Under the pieces are notes generated by a model. The model ran no database searches. It saw only the letters and a program-made list of their open reading frames with translations, and was not told where the DNA came from. A DNA stretch of 7,361 nt, taken from contig JAQGDQ010002231.1 of the NCBI GenBank assembly GCA_030141605.1, positions 1 to 7,361 on the forward strand, given 5' to 3'. Below are positions 1-7,283 of the stretch, in pieces (the first letter of the stretch is position 1; each line of letters starts with the position of its first letter). The stretch comes from Tubiluchus corallicola. Taxonomy: Eukaryota > Animalia > Priapulida. A program made the translations under genes and the position numbers.

Positions 1-53
1 ACAGTGAAAGGCAATAAATATGCAAAAATAAAATACTGTACTCCATGTATCAT

Positions 54-98
54 ACACACGCACGCACGCACGCACACACGCACGCACACACACCCACA

Positions 99-130
<32 letters not shown>

Positions 131-134
131 CACA
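54..134. repeat. (CA)n/(CACG)n compound microsatellite
   Basis: Directly visible; accounts for the His/Thr/Arg ORF 4..186. Confidence 0.98.
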
Positions 135-397
135 ATGCCATGAAGTATTGTTCTTATATGGCCAATTAAAGGACAAGAACACATAAAACATGTTCCTCTG
201 ATTGTAAGCTCCCGAATCTGCATAATCTACTTTCTTTCCGTTCTCTTGCCCATTGCCGGTCTCAATTCTAAACCAGTGAGATTGAGTGAGATTGAGTGGA
301 ACACTGGTTTCCAGTGATCTACACCTCTGCACTACAGAATTTATAAATTCGATAAGGATTTGAATTAAATGTGTGAAAACTAAACGGTGCGTCTTAC

Positions 398-487
398 ATT
401 TCAGGATTTTCCCGTGGGGGGTCGTGATCGAGGTGTAAATAAGAACCATGATTGTTGTGGTCAATCTTTATCCCTTTCTTTTGCATA
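398..487 (-). CDS. Next exon of the same GT7 glycosyltransferase; long flexible loop with metal-binding His
   Basis: Minus strand reads ttgtttttttTAG|TATGCAA...GAAAT|GTaaga, 90 nt, phase 2 to phase 2, in frame (CG|T = Arg). It translates as MQKKGIKIDHNNHGSYLHLDHDPPRENPE, homologous to L..KG..I.R....G...MI.H.....NP.R. Confidence 0.9.
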
Positions 488-1106
488 CTAAAAAAAACAA
501 GTAAGAATGAAGTTGCTTCATAATTTTTAAAGGTGTATTAAAATAGTATGCATGTATAATGTTTTAATATTACATGTACAGACATGATGTTTTTAATATT
601 TCACACATTTAGTTGTCTATGTTTTATTGAAAAGGTAACAGTTTCCATTGCTGCAGGGAAGTATGAAGACATTAAGAGGAGAACAGTTCAATGATATGGA
701 TTTATGGTTATATGATGCATATTTAGTAATTACTTGTGGTGTATTAGCAACGCTATACAGTATACACCTAGGACCTACGTGGTTATTGTTAATAATTACA
801 TAAGTTATATTTGCATAATGCTTATATCTAAGCCCGCTGCGCAAGTGCTTGTCATGTAGTACCTTTTACGTAAAGATTTTATTGGTTGGTTATATGGCCA
901 TTATATAAAAGCGGTCTCAGTAATAGCCTGTGGTGCGTTATAAAAAACGCGCTTTATATCGACAAATATGAGAATATATGCCATTTTTCCAGGAAAATAA
1001 GGATTTTTTAACATTAGGCCCCTAAAATCTAGCGCGTCTGAATATTTAACTTAGTTAGGTTATTGGTAGATACTCCTCAGCACATTGGCACTAAATACCT
1101 GCTCAC

Positions 1107-1220
1107 CGTTTATGTAGATTGTCATCTTCCTTCCCCCAGTCCCAATAATTATTCGCGAAGCCATTTATAGCTTTAAATATGGAGGCCTTTAAAGCTATAA
1201 TTCCACCGAATCGGCCTGGC
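1107..1220 (-). CDS. Next exon of the same GT7 glycosyltransferase; FGG...INGF.N.YW.WG.EDD exon
   Basis: Minus strand reads ttcattatAG|GCCAGGC...AAACG|GTgagc, 114 nt, phase 2 to phase 2, in frame with the previous exon (GG|G = Gly). It translates as PGRFGGIIALKASIFKAINGFANNYWDWGKEDDNLHK(R), homologous to FGGVSAL...QF..INGFPNNYWGWGGEDDD...R. Confidence 0.96.
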
Positions 1221-1344
1221 CTATAATGAAAAACAACTAATAACAGTCTATATATAAAATATGTATGTGTAAAGCAGAAAGTATGTGATTAAAGTGAAAA
1301 CTGGTATAGAAAATTAAACATTCTAGAAGTCACGCTGCATTATT

Positions 1345-1995
1345 GTTTTGTTACGTGCAGTGTTTTGTAATGTTTTGTCTTATCTTGTTATGTGTTACGT
1401 TTTGTGATGCTTTGGATGTTTTGTCTTGTCGTATCATGTGCTGTGCGTTGTAATGTTTTGTCTTGTCTTGTTATGTGCTGTTTTGTAATGTTTTGTCTTG
1501 TCTTGTTATGTGCTATCTTTTGTAACGTTTTGTTTTACCTTGTTATGTGCTATGTTTTGTTTTGTCCTGTCATGTACTGTAATTTGTAATGTTTTGTCTT
1601 GTCTGAATATGTGCTAATTTGTAATATTTCGTCTTTTCTTGCTATGTGCTATGTTTTGTAATGTTTTGTCTTATCTCTTGTTATGTGCTATGTTTTGTAA
1701 TGTTTTGTCTAGTCTTGTTATGTGCTATGTTTTGTAACGTTTTGTTTTGTCTTGTTATGTGCTATGTTTTGTGATGCTTTGGATGTTTTGTCTTGTCGTA
1801 TCATGTACTGTAATTTGTAATGTTTTGTCTTGTCTTAATATGTGCTGTTTGTAATATTTTGTCTTTTCTTGTTATGTACTATGTTTTGTAATGTTTTGTC
1901 TTGTCGTGTCACGTGCTGTTTTGTAACATTTTGTCTTTTCTTTTGTTCTATTTTTTTAGTTTCTGTTGTGTTACGTTGCCTTGTTATTGTGTTGC
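1345..1995. repeat. Intronic TG-rich minisatellite with a ~35-37 bp unit built from 5-mers (TGTTT TGTAA TGTTT TGTCT TGTCT TGTTA TGTGC)
   Basis: Repeated units are visible. Variant blocks recur: TTTGTGATGCTTTGGATG at ~1401 and ~1768, and GTACTGTAATTTG at ~1574 and ~1805. Confidence 0.95.
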
Positions 1996-2003
1996 AACTT
2001 TTT

Positions 2004-2212
2004 GCAAAATGCAAACAATTGTGAAGTTAATATTAGTTAACATTAATATTTGTTAATTAATTTTCTTTTAATTAATTGTAGAATCTAATGAAAGCTAAAT
2101 TACCTGTCAGCAAAGTGCAAACAACAGGAAAACATTGTGCAATTAATATTAGTCCAAATTTGGTAATTAAAAAACACTATTAATTAATTTAATGAAAGCT
2201 AAATTACCCGTC
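2004..2212. repeat. Diverged ~105-bp tandem duplication that includes the exon donor site
   Basis: The series GCAAA(A/G)TGCAAACAA...TTAATATTAGT...AATGAAAGCTAAATTACC(T/C)GTC occurs at ~2004-2108 and again at ~2110-2212. Confidence 0.75.
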
Positions 2213-2377
2213 TGTTAATTGTCTTGGATTTTCGCCACATTCAAATGAGCTTTTGAAGTTGGTGAGAATTTTGTCTGCATCATGAAATATGAAACAAGTC
2301 CAGTCCTCGTCTTTCATAGCTTCTACAAATCCAGCATTGTATAAGCGACCTTTGTTGAAAGCACTACGTTTCTTTTT
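2208..2377 (-). CDS. Exon of a GT7-family glycosyltransferase (beta-1,4-galactosyltransferase / beta4-GalNAcT-like); DxD-motif exon
   Basis: Minus strand reads ...tttattatAG|AAAAAG...GACGG|GTaatt, 170 nt, phase 0 to phase 2. It translates as KKKRSAFNKGRLYNAGFVEAMKDEDWTCFIFHDADKILTNFKSSFECGENPRQLTD(G), matching the GT7 pattern FNRAKLLNVGF.EA....CFVFHDVD........Y.C...PRHL. Confidence 0.95.
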
Positions 2378-2486
2378 CTATAATAAACAGCAAACATTAT
2401 GTAATGACAAAGCTGCAAATTAGGCAAACGTGTTGCCACCTGTGGTACGCCGAAAGGGCATTTAATGCTTATTTTATGAATATTAA

Positions 2487-2840
2487 CCCTTTCATACAGA
2501 TGTATCTCGTGGGATACGAGAATATTTTCTGCCTTTAAAATTAATAAAATTTTAAAACTGACAGTTAATTGATCTGTTAATAGTTATTTTGATTTAAGCC
2601 AATAACAATAGACTAAAAATAGTGATAAAATGGCAAACTAGAAAATCTACGTAGCATAAAAAACTGCTCAAGGTACAGTACCTTAGAGACGACTTTGTAC
2701 AGATCAGCATAGCATGCATACTAAATGTCTTACATACTTTAAAAAATTATCAGCAGTCGCAAAATGAAGCACATTTTTTGCTTTTGTTGTGTTTTTAAAA
2801 AAAAATTTCTTATTAAAAAAATAATTTGGGACTGAAAGGG
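2487..2840. mobile_element. piggyBac-like non-autonomous element (MITE), 354 bp
   Basis: Structure is TTAA(2483-2486)|CCCTTTCA ... TGAAAGGG|TTAA(2841-2844): TTAA target duplication, CCC/GGG termini and an 8-bp perfect TIR. A subterminal hairpin GTATC-tcgtgg-GATAC lies at 2502-2517. No ORF. Confidence 0.8.
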
Positions 2841-3069
2841 TTAATAAATAAATTTTGAATATTCAATATTCATTTTTAATATTAATAAATCTACTTTGCA
2901 TATTCATAATTCATTTATTAATATCAAAATTCACTATTAAAATTATTTATGAATGCTCATAATTGATATATTAATAATAAAAATTCAGCTCGAATTTTCA
3001 ATGTTAATAAATCAATTTTGAAGAGACGATTGTTATAACCGGTTATCAAAAATAAAAATCTTTAAAACG

Positions 3070-3382
3070 GCTTGAAAATCTATCAAGTGAACAAACTAGG
3101 GCAGAGTGGGAGGCCTTTGGTTACCTGTCTGCTTACTTACCAGATTTAGCATTGCTCAACTTCAGTTTCTAACTGCTTGAAAATCTACCATGTAAACATT
3201 CTAGGGCAGAGAGGCAGACCTTTGGTTACCTGTCTGCTTACTTACCAGATTTAGCATTGCTTAACTTCGGTTTCTAACTGCTTGAAAATCTATCATGTAA
3301 ACAATCTAGGGCAGAGTGGCAGGCCTATAGTTACTTGTCTACTTACTTACCAGGTTTAGGATTGCTCAACTTCGGTTTCTAA
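3070..3382. repeat. Tandem repeat, 3 x 105 bp
   Basis: GCTTGAAAATCTA starts at 3070, 3175 and 3280, and the units are highly similar throughout. Confidence 0.96.
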
Positions 3383-3470
3383 GTTGCAGAATTAATGAAT
3401 TTTATAAAGTAACGTATATGTAATCATAAATAAGACAAAGTTCCCTTTAAGTCTTAAAATCGTTCACTTT

Positions 3471-3509
3471 TGCAGGAGCTTTCGTTCTTCAAGGACTTCG
3501 CCAGCTGTA
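3471..3509 (-). ncRNA. Second, degenerate minimal hammerhead ribozyme of opposite polarity
   Basis: The reverse complement reads TACAG-CTGGCGA-A-GTCC-ttgaa-GAAC-GAAA-GC-TC-CTG-CA. It is homologous to the + copy, with core A6 changed to G, one stem II mismatch, and palindromic AGCT at stem III. Confidence 0.65.
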
Positions 3510-3620
3510 AGGCAGAGGTACAATAATAAAAATTGTAAAATTACAAAAAAAAACTAGCTGCAATTTGTAATTGTAGTTTTATCTGTAATTATTATGATTA
3601 TTATTATTGTTCATTTACCC

Positions 3621-3659
3621 TACAGCTGATGAAGTCCGTGAAGGACGAAAGTTCCTGGA
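3621..3659 (+). ncRNA. Minimal type I hammerhead ribozyme (Penelope-like element type)
   Basis: Reads TACAG-CTGATGA(3626-3632)-A-GTCC-gtgaa-GGAC-GAAA(3647-3650)-GT-TC-CTG. The CUGAUGA and GAAA core boxes are intact, stem II has 4 bp and stem III is vestigial. Predicted cleavage is after C3654, stem I is CAG/CTG, and AATAAA follows at 3679-3684. Confidence 0.8.
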
Positions 3660-3890
3660 AAAGGAAAACTCCTGGAAAAATAAAAGTTTTTGATATTTAA
3701 AGGGACAAATCTCAGAAGTCCACTCTCTTATTTTAAAGCTAATGTATATGTAGTGCCCATTGTATCAGTAAGCAACGTATAAATAGTTAAGAGCATCTGA
3801 CATAGTGAATTAATTCAAATTTTATTTTAAAGCAAAACCGGACTCAATCTTGAACTGTAGGTCAAAACAATCTACTCTTTAAAATATTAA

Positions 3891-4432
3891 GAGGAAACAT
3901 GGTGCTTTTTCAAAAATGACTTACGTGAAAGAATTATTACCACACAAACACAATTTCACGTTCACGCCACTAGTTCTTCACTGTTACATGTATTTCGCCA
4001 TTCGCTAGTTAGACGGGCACTAGCGCCTGCATTTCGGAAACGCATTGCGCAAAAACAGGTGCTTACCTCTCATTTCAGATGTATTAGTTTGTCACGAACT
4101 ACACACGTTCGACAGCGATAAAATTTGAATTTCTATCTTAAAACTTACCTAGTGTCATTACAACACTTACTGATATACTTGAATCTCTTACAGTAGCGCT
4201 GTACTTAAATTTTCTCTTTTACAAACACGTGCAACACGCTCGTGGAATATTTTTGCTGTTGAAAATTATGTTAGTTTGTAATGCCATCAACAGTTAGGCT
4301 CGCCCGCCGTTAATTAAATTTTTAATCAATTATTTAAATATCAGAAATTATTGCAGTATTATTGATGTTAAAATGTATACTTTTACCGTACTTGAAAATG
4401 CGGTAGTGTACGAAAAATCATCTTGTCTTCCT
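3891..4432. mobile_element. Probable second, older Kolobok-like element, ~540 bp
   Basis: Left end TTAA(3887-3890)|GAGGAAACATGGTGCTTTTTC resembles the right end read on the minus strand, TTAA(4433-4436)|AGGAAGACAAGATGATTTTTC (imperfect TIR). The interior is CpG-rich and shares short motifs (GTTCACG, TAGCGC) with 4970-5490. An alternative left end is TTAA|AGGGACAA at 3697. Confidence 0.5.
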
Positions 4433-4539
4433 TTAAACTATTGGTGGTGGATTGTGCCATTAATACTGCTCGTTTACAGTCACGGAATAAGAAGTGAAGA
4501 ATGAGCCATTATTTGTCTCTCATATTTGTCTAGTACTAT

Positions 4540-4690
4540 ACAAGTGGTAGTAAATTAATGGAAGGCAAGGAGGGGTATTGTCTACTGATTTACTTAAGTT
4601 TAAAATCACGCTACACTTAGAGTTATTTATGATCAACTTTACTGCTCCAATCAGCTTGTTTGGAGTCAAAGGTATCACTGCGCATGAGGC
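4540..4690 (+). mobile_element. Possible highly degraded non-LTR retrotransposon (LINE) reverse-transcriptase fragment
   Basis: 4560-4598 translates as GRQGGVLSTDLLK, resembling the LINE RT motif GVRQGGVLS..L(Y/F)K. It is preceded by KW and stop codons, and no intact (Y/F/C)ADD was found. Confidence 0.3.
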
Positions 4691-4969
4691 TGCATGAGCT
4701 TCAAAGAGAACGATACGTAAAGATATGCACTGTTGGTTGCCCTGGCAATATCACAACTCACTGATAATGGAAAATTACCGTTTTCCGCACAGAATGACTG
4801 AATGTTACATTTTAATGGCTGCAATATAATGGAAATAAAATAGAATTTAGAGTAGCTTATCGGCCAGTTCTTCTGACGAGTCATCGAACTAATACACAGA
4901 ATAAATTTAATATTTAACATTTTGATCTCCTGTACAGTATAGCTTTGCTACACAGAGAATACGAGTTAA

Positions 4970-5490
4970 AGGAAAGGTCAAGCTTTCTAGGAGGTTAGAC
5001 TTTTTTGAATGCTCCCGAAAAATGTTAGAAGGATTTAATAACTAGACTGCAATAAGCGCCTCGTGTAACTAGTAAAATCGCTTTAAAGTCGTGCCCCCAT
5101 TTTCAATGCCCTTTCATCTTCCAATGACGTCATTCGTCTTGAAGAAAAGTAGCGCACTCTCAATCTTCGTCAAACATACAATAAGTTTTAATAATAATAA
5201 ATAATACGTTGTAATATTTTCGCGTGAACCTTAGCTAAGCTGCACAAGTTTGAATTAGTTTAAGCAGCGCACGTTCACGAAAAGCCACGATGTGCTTAGG
5301 AAACGTCACGAAGTCTCCCAGTTACGTCATGATTTTCAAGTGAACCGCGCCTGAAAATTTCTATTCAGAGGTAGTGCATTTGAAATTTATGCTTTATAGG
5401 CAGTTCTCTACAAATTTCTTTGTTACATTTTTCTAAATTTAAATGATAACAGAAAAACAAACCAACGTACTAATTGACTTGTTCTTTCCT
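4970..5490. mobile_element. Kolobok-like non-autonomous DNA transposon, 521 bp
   Basis: Structure is TTAA(4966-4969)|AGGAAAGGTCAAG ... CTTGTTCTTTCCT|TTAA(5491-5494): TTAA duplication, AGG/CCT termini and an 11/13 TIR. The interior is CpG-richer than the flanks and contains palindromes. Confidence 0.75.
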
Positions 5491-5507
5491 TTAACAATTT
5501 ATTTTAG

Positions 5508-5699
5508 AAAGTCAGACTTCGAAGCAAACAACGAGCCTGTTCCGAAAGGCTATGAGCTTTCAAACTCAACCAGACTTTGAAGAAAGTAAAAAGAACAGCT
5601 TGTACACTGAGATTTCCAAATTTAGATCAAGCATCTGGGCACATGACCTCTCAGACTTAGATGCTCTAACACAACGTAGGAAGGTTGATAAGGTTTTGG
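5508..5699 (+). other. Candidate symmetric (phase 1-1) coding exon of unknown identity
   Basis: Reads caatttattttAG|AA AGT...TTG G|GTaaag, 192 nt with no stop: SQTSKQTTSLFRKAMSFQTQPDFEESKKNSLYTEISKFRSSIWAHDLSDLDALTQRRKVDKVL. I recognise no homology. Confidence 0.3.
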
Positions 5700-5913
5700 G
5701 TAAAGACTTTTGTGAATTGCATTAATAATTTTAAAGGAAAAATCCCTCATTAAGAAAGGAGAAAAATATGATGTAGACGAGTTTTTGATACCAGTGAAAT
5801 TGGTAGGGAAGAAAGTTTCTTAATAGAAAAATTTGCTATTAGGAATTTTACGTATTGGTACTGGTACTCGTAAATTTCAAACTGGTGCTATGATCTTTTG
5901 GTACAACGAATTT

Positions 5914-6297
5914 TTGGTACTCGGAAAATCTGTCAGGGGAATGCTTGGTACTAGGAAAATCTGTCAGGGGAATGCTTGGTACTCGGAAAATCTGTCAGGT
6001 GAATGCTTGGTACTAGGAAAATTTGTTAGGGGAATGGTACTAGGAAAATCTGTTAGGGGAATGCTTGGTACTCGGAAAATCTGTCAGGGGAATGCTTGGT
6101 ACTAGGAAAATCTGTTAGGGGAATGCTTGGAACTAGGAAAATCTGTTAGGGGAATGCTTGGTACTAGGAAAATCTGTTAGGGGAATGCTTGGTACTAGGA
6201 AAATCTGTTAGGGGAATGCTTGGTACTAGGAAAATCTGTTAGGGGAATGCTTGGTACTAGGAAAATCTGTTAGGGGAATGCTTGGTACTAGGAAAAT
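5914..6297. repeat. Minisatellite, ~12 x 31 bp (TGGTACTAGGAAAATCTGTTAGGGGAATGCT)
   Basis: The period is 31 (for example GGTACTAGGA at 6191 and 6222). One copy has a 4-bp deletion, and degenerate copies flank the array (~5838-5913, ~6300-6340). Confidence 0.97.
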
Positions 6298-6794
6298 ATT
6301 ATACGAGGAAAATTTCGTACTGGGAAAGTTTGGCACTAGAAAGCTTGATAACAAACGTTAAAGAGAGGAGTTCTGTGTCTTACTATAAAATAATTGTTTC
6401 AGCTGGGAAATAGGGAAGTTTCCCTATAGGGAAGTTTATCCAGTAAGGAGGAAGTTTGGTATAAAGGAAAGTCCGGCTTATTAAAAAGTTCGTAAAGCAT
6501 CATAATTAGTAATACGTGGCAGTTAAAGTTTTATCAGTGATTATCCCCCCCCCCCCACATGGGTGGTACACTGTAGAATTCTTTCAGTGAAATATGAAAG
6601 GTCTCCAACTACGTGTTGAACAAGCACTCAAGCAGACAAAAGTAAGAACTAAGAACTAACATTTGCACTTTGCAAATTTGCAAAGATTTGCCAAATTTGA
6701 AAGGCGAGTACATCATTATTTATTCCCAATAACCAAAGCATTTTGTATAAAGTCAGAACTAAATGTAAATCATTGTAATTACTAAAAATGTAAA

Positions 6795-7090
6795 TCTTGG
6801 ACAAGAGGATTAAAAATAAGAGAAATCTGCCGTCAAGACAGATCAAGACAGCAGTAATCTGGCAAAAACGAGACACTACTATACCAATGGCCTGAGTGCA
6901 CCTCTTCCATTATATTCCACGATATTCATCATTATCGTAATGAATGTACATTACGTCTATTGTGGACATTGGGCAGGCAGAACTCTCCAAAGTAAAAGAA
7001 ATTTGCCCTCAAGACAGGTAAACAGAGCAGTAATCAAGCAAAAAACTAGACACTGCCATGATCATCATGATCATCATCATGATCATCATG

Positions 7091-7128
<38 letters not shown>

Positions 7129-7283
7129 TATCATCATCATACGCCCGTCAGGTCTATTGTAGACATTGGGCAGGCAGAATTCTAAAATAAAAGAAATCTG
7201 CCTTCAGACAGGTAAACGCAGCAGTAATCCAGCAAAAAAACTAGACACTGCTACGCCAGTGGCTTGTCAGCACCACTTCCGTT
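6795..7283. repeat. Three diverged tandem copies of a ~170-200 bp unit
   Basis: AGAAAT(C/T)TGCC.TC(A)AGACAG...GCAGTAATC..GCAAAAA(C)..AGACACT occurs at ~6821, ~6997 and ~7192. GTCTATTGT(G/A)GACATTGGGCAGGCAGAA occurs at ~6956 and ~7152. Confidence 0.88.
7057..7140. repeat. (CAT)n microsatellite with GAT/TAT interruptions
   Basis: Directly visible, lies inside the second copy of the ~180-bp repeat, and gives the poly-His of ORF 6940..7185. Confidence 0.98.

Larger units (their letters stand above)
3442..3705. mobile_element. Imperfect inverted repeat of two hammerhead-bearing arms; probable Penelope-like pLTR or retrozyme-type remnant
   Basis: The reverse complement of 3441-3530 aligns to 3600-3706 at about 70/90 identities (manual count) after skipping a 17-bp tandem duplication. 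Looser homology continues inward to ~3556 and ~3574, leaving a spacer of about 17 nt. Confidence 0.7.

Noticed and set aside
4-186. 60-aa ORF rich in His/Thr/Arg
   Set aside because: Translation of the (CA)/(CACG) microsatellite.
227-326. Possible terminal GT7 exon (GVDHWKPVFHSISLNLTGLELR...)
   Set aside because: It is phase-compatible but lacks the expected DGL(N/S)SL.Y motif and contains small repeats and a palindrome (CACTGG-ttt-CCAGTG). The last exon is more likely left of the window.
617-844. 75-aa minus ORF
   Set aside because: It lies within the intron between two confirmed exons, is AT-rich and has no recognisable motif.
1392-2024. Cys-rich hydrophobic ORFs 1392..1589 and 1842..2024
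   Set aside because: Translation of the TG-rich minisatellite within an intron.
2433-2447. CTCF-like motif TGCCACCTGTGG
   Set aside because: Partial match only; not distinguishable from chance without binding data.
4675-4920. 81-aa minus ORF with an acceptor-like ttatattgcAG near 4820
   Set aside because: No match to the expected upstream GT7 exon (VAIIIPFR..R..HL...RQ...IYVIEQ) in the frames I checked.
5833-6297. 90-aa repetitive ORF; CRISPR-like appearance of the 31-bp repeats
   Set aside because: The units are directly adjacent with no unique spacers, the period is not a multiple of 3, and the context is eukaryotic. This is a minisatellite.
6649-6876. Minus-strand ORF with a hydrophobic stretch, considered as the type II membrane-anchor exon of the glycosyltransferase
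   Set aside because: It overlaps a triplicated repeat, has a non-ATG start and shows no recognisable GT7 similarity.
6940-7185. Poly-His ORF
   Set aside because: A (CAT)n expansion inside one copy of a non-coding tandem repeat.
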